A DNA stretch of 41,491 nt from Verrucomicrobiota bacterium (GTDB lineage Bacteria > Verrucomicrobiota > Verrucomicrobiia > Limisphaerales > SXQI01). Position 1 is the first letter of the stretch. Each line of letters begins with the position of its first letter. Made by a program: the position numbers and the translations under genes. The notes beneath the pieces were generated by a model. That model saw nothing but the letters and a program-made list of their open reading frames with translations. It was not told where the DNA came from and did no database searches. Below are positions 8,893-17,275 of the stretch, piece after piece. The stretch lies in contig JANRLX010000002.1 of assembly GCA_033762115.1 (NCBI GenBank), forward strand, positions 1-41,491, read 5' to 3'.

Positions 8893-10200
8893 ATGACTTC
8901 CACGCAAAAAAATCTCGCCCTGCTGAAGGAATTCGAGTGCCCCAACATCACCTATATGCCAGAGGATAACTCCTGGCCAATTGTTTGGGAACGCGCTTCC
9001 GGGGTCTCAGTTTGGGATGTTGAAAAGCGCCATTACCTTGATCTCACCGCTGCCTTTGGCGTCGCCGCTTGTGGTCATGCCAATCGCGCCATTGTCCGGG
9101 CAGGACAAGCCCAGATGAAACGGCTCCTTCATGCGATGGGGGATGTCCATCCTCACCCACTCAAAGGAGAGCTTGCGAAGGAACTGAGCCGCATCACTTT
9201 TGAAAAATGGAGCCGGACTGGGCGAAAGGCCGGTAAAGGGAAAACAATTTTCTGCAATTCCGGGTTTGAAGCAGTCGAGGCAGCTTTGAAAACCGCGCAG
9301 TTTGCCACCGGGAAACCGGGTGTGATTGCCTTCAAAAGCGCGTATCACGGCCTCGGCTATGGCGCCCTGGTCGCCACAGACCGGCCACATTTCAAGAAGC
9401 CTTTCACCCGGCAACTGGCCCATTTTGTCCAGTCCGTTGAGTTTCCCCTGAGCGAACCCGCCCTCGCGCAAACGTTGAAAGCCATCCAGCAAATTCTTGA
9501 AGAGGGAAAAACCGGCGCTGTCCTGGTCGAACCAATTCAAGCTCGCGGCGGGATCAATGTTCCGCCGGAACATTTCCTTCGAAATTTGCGTCGGCTCTGT
9601 GACCAGCATTCAGCGCTGCTGGTCCTGGATGAAATCTATACCGGTTTTGGCCGAACTGGAGAATGGTTTGCCTGTGAACGCGAGCATGTCGTTCCGGACC
9701 TGATCTGTTTGGGAAAAGCCATGACTGGCGGGTTTCCCCTGTCCGCATGCGTTGGCCGCGCAGAAATCATGGACGCATGGCCCATCTCCTCCGGCGAGGC
9801 GATTCATACCAGCACATTTTTGGGACATCCTGTGGGATGCGCCATGGCCCTTGCTCAAATCCATGAACTTGAGCACCGCAATTACGTGAAGAACTCCCGT
9901 GACCTCGGGAAATATGTGTTGGAACTGTTGAACAGCTTTCCTGATTTCATCCATTTCCGATGCAAGGCCCGCGGGCGCGGCTTGATGATTGGCCTCGAAT
10001 TGCTTCTGAAAAATGGAAAACCGGCCACCCGGATTTCTCTGACAGCCATCGCACGCTTGCTGCAACGCGGTTTTATCTTTTTGCCGGAAGGGGAGCATTC
10101 AAACATTATTGCGATGACGCCGCCGCTTACCATCAAGGAAAAGCAGCTGGAGCGGGCAACTCGCGCGTTAAAGCAGATTCTACAGGAGTTGGATCAATGA
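8893..10200 (+). CDS. Class III PLP aminotransferase (ArgD/GabT-like, substrate uncertain)
   Basis: NSGFEAVEAALK, AYHG, VEPIQARGG, LDEIYTGFGRTG, PDLICLGKAMTGG, HTSTFLGHP. Confidence 0.9.
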   Translation: MTSTQKNLALLKEFECPNITYMPEDNSWPIVWERASGVSVWDVEKRHYLDLTAAFGVAACGHANRAIVRAGQAQMKRLLHAMGDVHPHPLKGELAKELSRITFEKWSRTGRKAGKGKTIFCNSGFEAVEAALKTAQFATGKPGVIAFKSAYHGLGYGALVATDRPHFKKPFTRQLAHFVQSVEFPLSEPALAQTLKAIQQILEEGKTGAVLVEPIQARGGINVPPEHFLRNLRRLCDQHSALLVLDEIYTGFGRTGEWFACEREHVVPDLICLGKAMTGGFPLSACVGRAEIMDAWPISSGEAIHTSTFLGHPVGCAMALAQIHELEHRNYVKNSRDLGKYVLELLNSFPDFIHFRCKARGRGLMIGLELLLKNGKPATRISLTAIARLLQRGFIFLPEGEHSNIIAMTPPLTIKEKQLERATRALKQILQELDQ

Positions 10201-11027
10201 AGCTGAATGAAATGCGATCCATCCTGGTCGCAGAGCAGATTCAACTCACCAAATCTCTCGGACAAAATTTTCTCCATGATGCCAATCAACTCAGTCGCAT
10301 CGTGGATGCAGGACAAGTCGGCAGCAAGGACAGGATATTGGAAATTGGCCCCGGCCTGGGACCGTTGACTGAGTTGCTGCTGGAACGATCCGGAGAGGTG
10401 CTTGCCATTGAAAAAGACCAGCGTCTCGTCAGGTTTTTGGAAAAAAGATTTGTGCAGGCGAAAAATTTCAAATTACTGCACGCTGACGCCTTCGTTTGGT
10501 TAAAATCCGAAGCCCGTGACTGGACCGGTTGGAAACTGGTCGCCAATCTCCCCTATTCGGTCGCCTCTCCTATTCTCGTCGAACTAAGTGAAGCTGAGCA
10601 GCCCCCTGACAGAATGGTTGCAACCCTGCAACATGAAGTCGTCCAGCGTATCGTGGCACGCCCGGGAACTTCGCAGTACGGATTGCTGTCGCTGCTTTTA
10701 CAACTCGAATACCGTGATGAAGGTTCCTTCAAAATTCCCGCCGGTTCCTTTTTTCCACCGCCGGATGTTGATTCCGCCTGCGTCACTCTCCTTAGGAGAT
10801 CTGAAACACTCCTGACCGGGACTCAACGTGCATTGTACAAGGCCCTGGTTAAAAAAAGTTTTAGTGAACGCCGGAAAATGATGCTCAAACTCCTGAAATC
10901 CGAGCACAACGAATCTGCACTTCGATCCGCATTTCAAGTCAGTGGAATCCCTGAAACAGCTCGCGCCGAAACTGTCTCGATGGAACAGTTCGTCAGCCTG
11001 ACAAAACAATTAAGCAACCATGAGTGA
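10197..11027 (+). CDS. rsmA: 16S rRNA m6,2A dimethyltransferase RsmA/KsgA
   Basis: KSLGQNFL, LEIGPGLG.LT, VANLPY, FFPPPDVDSA, RRKM, RAET. True start is ATG 10197, overlapping the upstream stop (ATGA). Confidence 0.95.
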   Translation: MKLNEMRSILVAEQIQLTKSLGQNFLHDANQLSRIVDAGQVGSKDRILEIGPGLGPLTELLLERSGEVLAIEKDQRLVRFLEKRFVQAKNFKLLHADAFVWLKSEARDWTGWKLVANLPYSVASPILVELSEAEQPPDRMVATLQHEVVQRIVARPGTSQYGLLSLLLQLEYRDEGSFKIPAGSFFPPPDVDSACVTLLRRSETLLTGTQRALYKALVKKSFSERRKMMLKLLKSEHNESALRSAFQVSGIPETARAETVSMEQFVSLTKQLSNHE

Positions 11028-11529
11028 CGAAATATTCGATCTGGTCGATGAGCAGGACCAGGTCATCGGACAACAGTCACGCCGCGAAGTGCATCGTCTC
11101 GGTCTTCGTCATCGAGCTGTGCATATCCTCGTCCTGAGCAGCAAGGGAGAGCTTTTTCTCCAGAAACGTTCTTTGCTCAAGGATAAGCATCCCGGGGTTT
11201 GGGACTCCTCTTCCTCCGGTCATCTTGATTCCGGCGAGGATTATGATGCCTGCGCTGTTCGCGAATTGCGGGAGGAACTGGCCTGTGCCCCGGTCCATCC
11301 CCCTGTCCGGCTTTTCAAGTTGGATGCCTGCCCCGAAACAGGGCAGGAGTTCGTCTGGGTTTACAAGGCGTTTGCCGATGGCCCCTTCTCATTACATCCT
11401 GAAGAAATTTCTGAAGGGAACTGGTTCACGCTGGAACGAATCACCGCCTGGATCAGTGAGCGGCCTCAGGATTTCGCCCCCGCATTTGTTTACCTTTGGC
11501 CTCGCGCCCTGTCATTTCTCAGGAACTAA
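11020..11529 (+). CDS. Nudix hydrolase (YfcD/IDI-like)
   Basis: HRAVH, LQKRS..KD..PG.WD, Nudix box GHLDSGEDYDACAVRELREEL. Confidence 0.88.
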   Translation: MSDEIFDLVDEQDQVIGQQSRREVHRLGLRHRAVHILVLSSKGELFLQKRSLLKDKHPGVWDSSSSGHLDSGEDYDACAVRELREELACAPVHPPVRLFKLDACPETGQEFVWVYKAFADGPFSLHPEEISEGNWFTLERITAWISERPQDFAPAFVYLWPRALSFLRN

Positions 11530-11550
11530 CCATGTCCTGCGGATGAAAGT

Positions 11551-12300
11551 TCAACTGAGCTTCCGCACCATGCCATCTTTTCCCATCACTGCTGCAAAAT
11601 CGAAAATGTCCCGTTGAAGCGAAAAGGCTACATCATCCCGAAGTTCAGGAATTTCCAGCAGCCGTCGCCCATTCCGCGCTGACTTCATCGCTCCAAATAA
11701 ATCGCTCGCGTGCCGCTCATAAACCTGGGCAGCGAGGTGCGTGGAATCACTCCATTCATGCACCCCCTCCCCAATTAAATGGGCCAGCGCTCCAGCAGCA
11801 AGAGTGTCTTCAAAAGAAGCCTCCTCATAAGTCCCGCCGCAGACCAGAAGGATGGATTTATTTTTAAAGCCGTTTAATACCTTCGCGGTCGCACCCAGGT
11901 TCAAAAACGAAGCCACGAATGTTTGCTCAGCACCCATGCACGCGCGGAGCGCACGGGTACCATTGGTCGTCGTGGTCACGATCGTGCGTCCATTCACCTT
12001 TTCCATCGTAAATTCCCGGGGCGAATTTCCCAAATCGAAGCTGATCTTCCCTGCCGTGATTTTAAAGCCATGCCGTTCCCCGGCAAGCAGTGGGTCCGCG
12101 TACTTTCCTGTCGCCGCGATTGCCTCTTCGATCTCCACCACCGGCAATATCGCGCGCGCTCCGTTCGCCAGCGCCACTGTCATCGCACTGGTGGCGCGCA
12201 GAACATCAAAAACCACGCAGATCGAACTCGAAAGGTCACGTTTCGGCAATTGCCCGAACTCCGCAGGCACAAGAATTGTCTCAAGGGAAGGTTTGTTCAT
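11551..12300 (-). CDS. comB: 2-phosphosulfolactate phosphatase family protein
   Basis: VFDVLRATS, LAGER.G, FDLGNSPREF, TTTNGTRAL, EDTLAAG. Start ATG 12300 overlaps the upstream stop. Confidence 0.9.
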   Translation of the reverse strand: MNKPSLETILVPAEFGQLPKRDLSSSICVVFDVLRATSAMTVALANGARAILPVVEIEEAIAATGKYADPLLAGERHGFKITAGKISFDLGNSPREFTMEKVNGRTIVTTTTNGTRALRACMGAEQTFVASFLNLGATAKVLNGFKNKSILLVCGGTYEEASFEDTLAAGALAHLIGEGVHEWSDSTHLAAQVYERHASDLFGAMKSARNGRRLLEIPELRDDVAFSLQRDIFDFAAVMGKDGMVRKLS

Positions 12301-13145
12301 GAACGTTTTGTCCTCATGTAATGAAACAGATACTGCTGCGCGTAACCGGCGTTTGGCCCAAAATAATTTTGCGTGAATCGGAGCAACCGTCCAGGCGTCG
12401 GTTTTCTTCGTGGAAAATATAATTGCCGCAACGCCTTCAGGACCCAGACATCCACCGGGAACGCCTGCTGGAAACCGTAGGCAAACAGCAGGACGCAATC
12501 GGCGATCTTGCGTCCCACCCCCGGAAATTTCATCAATTCTTCCCGCGCCCGTTCCAACTCCAGCTTCGAAATCGCATCAAGGTTCACCTCGTTCTGGACC
12601 ATCCGGGCCGTCCTGGCAAGGTAGGGCGCCCTAAATCCCATCTTGCAATCCCGCAACTCCTGTTCCGATAAAGCTGCCAAACCTGCCGCAGTCGGAAAAG
12701 CGAATGCTGCCGAACCAGCTGCGGAAGCAATCGGCTCCCCATAGCGGGCGCAGAGCAATTCCACGATTTGCTGGATTTGCACGATCTGTTTGGTCGAGGA
12801 GAGGATGAAAGAAGCCAGGCACTCCCACGGTTCCTGGCGCAGTAATCGCAATCCTTTGCAGGTCGACACTGCCTCTCCCAAATGAGGATCTTTGGGAAAT
12901 GTTTGGATCACCGTGGAAATATCACAATCCAATTGCAGATACTGGATAAGCCAATCCCACTCCTCCACCGCCTTGGCAACTCTCGCATCGATCCCGTCAA
13001 TTCGCTGGGTTAATGCGATCCACCTGCCATGAATCACCCCTTCCCATGATTCACCTCTTGGCTTCCAACGAAATGCCTGCCCCGAACTCAAGGTAGCCGC
13101 AAGGTCGTACTCCTCCACCTTGAAACTTCGTTCAAACGAACGCAC
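12297..13145 (-). CDS. 8-oxoguanine DNA glycosylase (Ogg1-like, HhH-GPD)
   Basis: TLSSGQAFRW, GLRLLRQEPWECLASFI, GFRAPY, PGVGRKIADCVLLF, FPVDVW, AGYAQQYLF. Confidence 0.9.
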   Translation of the reverse strand: MRSFERSFKVEEYDLAATLSSGQAFRWKPRGESWEGVIHGRWIALTQRIDGIDARVAKAVEEWDWLIQYLQLDCDISTVIQTFPKDPHLGEAVSTCKGLRLLRQEPWECLASFILSSTKQIVQIQQIVELLCARYGEPIASAAGSAAFAFPTAAGLAALSEQELRDCKMGFRAPYLARTARMVQNEVNLDAISKLELERAREELMKFPGVGRKIADCVLLFAYGFQQAFPVDVWVLKALRQLYFPRRKPTPGRLLRFTQNYFGPNAGYAQQYLFHYMRTKRS

Positions 13146-13150
13146 CCGGT

Positions 13151-13693
13151 CTAGTATGTAAGGATCGAACGCACCGGCACCCCCTCCAGCTTCTTCCTTC
13201 CATTCAGGAACTCAAGTTCGATCAGGAAAGCCACTTCCAATAAATTGGCCCCTACTTTTTGCAATAATGAAACCGCTGCTGCCGCCGTCCCCCCAGTCGC
13301 CAGCAAATCATCCACCAGCAGGACCCGGCTGTTGGTCCGCACTGCGTCAATATGAATGGCCACGGTGTTGGAACCATACTCCAATGCATAATTCTCCTCA
13401 TGCGTTTTGTAAGGAAGCTTTCCCTTTTTCCGCACCGGAATAAATCCCGCTCCCAGCCGCAACGCCACCGCAGCCGCAAAAATAAAACCTCGAGCATCGA
13501 TTCCCACCACGCTGTCCACCATCCCCGGTTTGAACCGTCCCGCCAGCATCTCCACCGCCCCGGCGAAAAGACGCGGGTCCGCCAATAATGGGGTGATATC
13601 CTTGAATTGAATTCCCTTGGATGGAAAATCCGGGATGTTCCGAATCGCAGAGTAAAGTTCTGTTTGCGTGGCAGACAAATAATGATCGCTCAT
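13151..13693 (-). CDS. apt: Adenine phosphoribosyltransferase
   Basis: IPDFPSKGIQFKDITPLL, GIDARGF, VRKKGKLP, YALEYG, VDDLLATGGT. Confidence 0.97.
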   Translation of the reverse strand: MSDHYLSATQTELYSAIRNIPDFPSKGIQFKDITPLLADPRLFAGAVEMLAGRFKPGMVDSVVGIDARGFIFAAAVALRLGAGFIPVRKKGKLPYKTHEENYALEYGSNTVAIHIDAVRTNSRVLLVDDLLATGGTAAAAVSLLQKVGANLLEVAFLIELEFLNGRKKLEGVPVRSILTY

Positions 13694-13716
13694 GTTTGGT
13701 TGCCGCCACCGGGAAT

Positions 13717-13742
13717 GGCTGCTGGTAATGACACCAGCAGCC
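13717..13742. other. Perfect 10-bp intergenic hairpin between the sigma factor gene and apt
   Basis: GGCTGCTGGT-AATGAC-ACCAGCAGCC. No U tract on either strand, so a stabilising, processing or weak termination element. Confidence 0.6.
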
Positions 13743-13749
13743 GCTTCGA

Positions 13750-14940
13750 TTACCGCTGAACGGCTTCGAGCTTTTCTATCATTTTGCGAAGTTTTGCCAG
13801 CGCAATATTTTGGATCTGCCGCACGCGCTCCCGAGTGACCCCGAATTTTTGCCCCACTTCCTCAAGGGTCTTTTCCGAACCGCCATCCAGGCCAAAACGA
13901 TACTTCAGAATCGTCGCTTCCCGTGGGTCCAATGTTTTGATCATCTCCTGAAGCATTTTGGTGACGGTTTTGTCCTCAAGCTGCTCATAGGGAGTGTCCG
14001 CGTTTTCATCCTGGACCACTTCCGCAAAGTTGTTCGAGTCATCATCCCCAATCGGTGCATCAAGCGACGCTGGCCGGATTGCTGCCGTTCGCAGTTGCGA
14101 TACCCGCGATGCGGAAATCCCGAGTTCTTCACCCAACTCATCATCGGTAGGCTCCCGACCGAACTCCTCCTGCAAACGCATGGCTGTCCGCCGCATCTTG
14201 GAAATTTTATCCACCAGGTGCACCGGCAACCGGATCGTCTTCGATTGATTCGCCAGGGCTCGTTTGATCGATTGCTTGATCCACCACGATCCATAAGTGG
14301 AAAGTTTACCACCCTTTGCCGGGTCAAACCGTTCCACTGCTTTCATCAATCCGATATTGCCCTCATTAATCAAATCAAGGAGTGGCAAACCAAGCCCTTC
14401 ATAATCATGGGCGATTTTCACCACCAGGCGAAGATTCGCTTTGATCATCAATTCGCGCGCGGCTTTGTCCCCTTTCTTGATCAATGCCGCCAGTTCGATC
14501 TCCTGGGCGGGAGTCAGCAGCTTGACCAACCCGATTTCCCTCAGGTACAGCTTGATCGCTGTGTCCCCATCATAGGAAGAACGTTCCTTTTGTGGAATTC
14601 CCGCCTCCGCGTCTCGAGGAACAGAAGGCTCATCCGTGGAAGCAAGCTTCTGCTCCACTTCCTGCTCTTCCTTTTGGAGATCCTCCGCCGAGGGCTCCTC
14701 TTTCTCCTCATCCACCTCTTCAGCCGGTTCCACTGCTGCTGGTGGTTCTATGACGCTGGGGATTACGAAAGCTTTTTCCTCCATCTCACGAGGTTCCACT
14801 TCCTGCTTCCGGCTTTTCTTTTCCTTGGCAGGTTTTGCTTTGGGCAGGTCGAAATCCTCCTCAGATTGGTTGCCCGCCTTGCTTTTCGCCGGTTGCATCC
14901 CTCTGCCTGAAACTTTCACTGGCTTTGTTCTGATCGCCAT
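13750..14940 (-). CDS. RNA polymerase sigma-70 factor, RpoD/SigA family
   Basis: Region 1.2 DTAIKLYLREIG; region 2 ANLRLVV, DLINEGNIGLMKAVERFD, STYGSWWIKQ; region 3 SLDAPIG; region 4 TLEEVGQKFGVTRERVRQI; low-complexity acidic N-terminus. Primary versus group-2 status not determinable here. Confidence 0.95.
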   Translation of the reverse strand: MAIRTKPVKVSGRGMQPAKSKAGNQSEEDFDLPKAKPAKEKKSRKQEVEPREMEEKAFVIPSVIEPPAAVEPAEEVDEEKEEPSAEDLQKEEQEVEQKLASTDEPSVPRDAEAGIPQKERSSYDGDTAIKLYLREIGLVKLLTPAQEIELAALIKKGDKAARELMIKANLRLVVKIAHDYEGLGLPLLDLINEGNIGLMKAVERFDPAKGGKLSTYGSWWIKQSIKRALANQSKTIRLPVHLVDKISKMRRTAMRLQEEFGREPTDDELGEELGISASRVSQLRTAAIRPASLDAPIGDDDSNNFAEVVQDENADTPYEQLEDKTVTKMLQEMIKTLDPREATILKYRFGLDGGSEKTLEEVGQKFGVTRERVRQIQNIALAKLRKMIEKLEAVQR

Positions 14941-15013
14941 AAATTACTTTCCGTTACAACGCGTTTCAGCCCTGTCAGCTCCCTTGCAACTCCAGGACTT
15001 TAATCCTGATAAC

Positions 15014-15042
15014 ACGTTAAAAAACCGGTCAGGCAGTGACAA
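15014..15042 (-). promoter_or_regulatory. Sigma70-type promoter of the sigma factor gene
   Basis: Minus strand TTGTCA-N17-TAACGT, about 73 nt upstream of the ATG. Confidence 0.55.
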
Positions 15043-15139
15043 GACGAGGTTGCCTGAAATGCCCTCGGGGGAAAACCCCACACTCTTCCTACGCTGAACA
15101 GCCACAAGAGTGAACAGCGCAGAACTGGTTGAACTGGAA

Positions 15140-15847
15140 TCAGTGACGATCATTACTTCTGTAAATCATGATGAAGTGAAGCAGCGTCATGGCTACCTGC
15201 ACCATCGCAGCAACATACGTTAAAGCAGCGGCATTCAATACCTTGCTCACACCGGCGGCCTCCGCTTCACCCCGGACTATACCAAGCCGCACCAGCTGCT
15301 GCTTGGCGCGACGGCTCGCATCATATTCCACCGGCAAGGTGATCAATTGGAACGCCGCAAGAATTGCGTAAACCACAACACCGATCAGTGCCAGCTTCCC
15401 GATCGCAAGGAACGCCCCAACCAAAAACAATCCCATCGCGATATGCGAGGCAATGCTCGTTAGCGGCACCATTGCCATTCTCAATTGCAATGGAGCATAC
15501 GCAGCCTGGTGTTGCAGAGCGTGCCCGGCTTCATGTGCCGCCACTCCCACTGCCGCAATCGAATTGCCATGATAGTTGGCGGATGAAAGAAAAAGCGCTT
15601 TTTTAAGCGGATCATAATGATCCGACAGATGGCCAGCCACTTCGTTCACTGGCATCGAATGGAGCCCCGCATTATCAAGAATTTCCCGGGCCGCTTCCGC
15701 TCCACTCATTCCGGCCAGAGTCCCTACCTGGCTGTAGCGGGAATAGGTACCGCTTAATTTAAACTGCGCCCACAACCCCAGCAACAAACCGGGAAGCGCA
15801 AACAGGAAGTAATGTCCCATTGTGATCTCAGCAAGCATTGCAGTCAT
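15140..15847 (-). CDS. Membrane neutral zinc metallopeptidase (YugP/Zn_peptidase_2 family)
   Basis: SGAEAAREIL, LSDHYDP, VAAHEAGHALQH (HExxH), ITLPVEYDASRRA, VLNAAALTYVAA. Confidence 0.92.
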   Translation of the reverse strand: MTAMLAEITMGHYFLFALPGLLLGLWAQFKLSGTYSRYSQVGTLAGMSGAEAAREILDNAGLHSMPVNEVAGHLSDHYDPLKKALFLSSANYHGNSIAAVGVAAHEAGHALQHQAAYAPLQLRMAMVPLTSIASHIAMGLFLVGAFLAIGKLALIGVVVYAILAAFQLITLPVEYDASRRAKQQLVRLGIVRGEAEAAGVSKVLNAAALTYVAAMVQVAMTLLHFIMIYRSNDRH

Positions 15848-15879
15848 ATTTCCTTATTTTCGATCTTCCATCATTGATA

Positions 15880-15896
15880 AGCGTAAGCAGTGCCAA
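15880..15896 (-). promoter_or_regulatory. Candidate sigma54 (-24/-12) promoter of the Zn peptidase gene
   Basis: Minus strand TTGGCAC-TGCTT-ACGCT: exact GG-N10-GC spacing, perfect -24 box, imperfect -12 box, about 33 nt upstream of the ATG. Confidence 0.5.
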
Positions 15897-16248
15897 CGCT
15901 CTTTCCTGATCGTTAGACGCAATAACCTAGGTTTTCATTGCTGATTTTCAATGGATCGAAGGTGGAAAGTATTCGATAGAGACAGAACGACTCTTGATCG
16001 TGTGACAAAGAGCTCCCCTGCTCCCCCTTTACGTCTCACTTTTACCTCGGCCCAAGGTTAGACTTGAGGTGAGCGCTCCTTTCACGGTAAGCAAAGGAAC
16101 CTGTATGTGGAGTCGTGGGATGATAAAGCTGCCGGGTGCTGGGACGCCGAAAGGAGATGTTTTCCCCATCCTTTCCAGGGACCGACTTCCCCTCTTTATG
16201 CGTAACACTCTTAAAATCAAAAGGCTGCATCATGCACTCCTTGGCTTT

Positions 16249-17271
16249 ATGGCTTTTCAAAAACATTTTAAGCAACTCTCAAGCCAGCCAATTCTCCCCT
16301 TTCTATCGGCGTTTTCCTTTTTTTTCTGCAGCTGCATGGGGATTGAACATACAGGGCGCATGCCTAATCAGGTCATCACACCTTTCCCCTTTGCCGGATG
16401 GAACCAGTCGCTTCGCCTTACCAACTCCCTGGTCGAAGTCATCATCGTTCCCGAAGTTGGCCGGGTGATGGATTTCCGTTGGTCTGGATCGTCTGAAGGT
16501 CCTTTCTGGATTAATCCTTTGCTGCTTGGGAAAGCACCCAATCCGGATTCCACCGAATGGGGCAATTTTGGCGGTGATAAAACATGGCCTGCCCCTCAAT
16601 CGGCATGGCAACAACTCACCGGGCGCGGATGGCCCCCTCCCAGGGCATTTGATTCCATGGCGGTCATGGCCAAAATCGAGGACAATGCGGTCATTCTTAC
16701 CTCTCCGGTTGACCCACATTTCGGAATCCAGACCCAACGACGCATCTGGCTGGACCCGGACCAGCCGGTCATGAAAATTGTGACGAGATACATTAAAATT
16801 TCTGGTGCTCCCAGCCGCGTCGGCATCTGGATCATCACTCAACTGGATGAGCCGGTGCAGGTGTATGCTCCCATTGCCAAACCATCCCTCTACCCGGAAG
16901 GATACAACAAACAAACAGACGATCTCCCGCTAAATTTCAGGAAAACCGGTGCTTTCCTGGCCATGACACGAAACCCGCGCACAGGCGCTAAAATCGGCAC
17001 CGATGGCACTTCTTTACTTTGGGTTGGCCAAACCGATTGTGTCCGCATCGATTCACCCCGGATCGCGGGCCTTGAGTATCCCGACAACAACAGCTCAGCG
17101 GAAATCTGGACCAACCCTGACCCGCTCCCCTACATCGAACTTGAACTGCTTGGTCCCCTTCACACGCTCCAACCCGGCGACCAGATCACCCAGACCAATG
17201 TTTATACCTTGATTAAGCGTGTCGAATCCGATCCTGACCGCGAAGCCGCCCGAATTTACAACCAGCAGTAA
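16249..17271 (+). CDS. DUF4380-like exported protein (galactose-mutarotase-like fold, inferred)
   Basis: LTNSLVEVIIVPEVGRVM, WGNFGGDKTWPAPQ, YIELELLGPL motifs. Start uncertain: the ORF is open from 16069, but ATG 16249 gives a signal/lipobox-like N-terminus (FFFCSC). Confidence 0.7.
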   Translation: MAFQKHFKQLSSQPILPFLSAFSFFFCSCMGIEHTGRMPNQVITPFPFAGWNQSLRLTNSLVEVIIVPEVGRVMDFRWSGSSEGPFWINPLLLGKAPNPDSTEWGNFGGDKTWPAPQSAWQQLTGRGWPPPRAFDSMAVMAKIEDNAVILTSPVDPHFGIQTQRRIWLDPDQPVMKIVTRYIKISGAPSRVGIWIITQLDEPVQVYAPIAKPSLYPEGYNKQTDDLPLNFRKTGAFLAMTRNPRTGAKIGTDGTSLLWVGQTDCVRIDSPRIAGLEYPDNNSSAEIWTNPDPLPYIELELLGPLHTLQPGDQITQTNVYTLIKRVESDPDREAARIYNQQ

Positions 17272-17275
17272 TATC

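Noticed and set aside
9960..10196. N-terminal extensions in the ORF track (rsmA here; likewise comB, SRPBCC, Tat oxidoreductase from 22419, heme protein from 33196)
   Set aside because: They overlap neighbouring genes or regulatory DNA; internal ATGs give family-typical N-termini.
11020..11529. Isopentenyl-diphosphate isomerase call
   Set aside because: Catalytic Cys position reads Ser (SSSGH) and a near-complete Nudix box is present.
11551..12300. Coenzyme M biosynthesis implied by comB
   Set aside because: No comA/C/D/E in the window; ComB homologs are widespread in bacteria without CoM.
13810..14910. 366-aa + strand ORF
   Set aside because: Lies wholly antisense to the sigma factor gene, has no recognisable motifs; typical shadow ORF.
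14945..15135. 6S RNA in the gap upstream of the sigma gene
   Set aside because: End-to-end pairing needs several bulges, I see no 6S-like central bubble, and a good sigma70 promoter sits in the middle.
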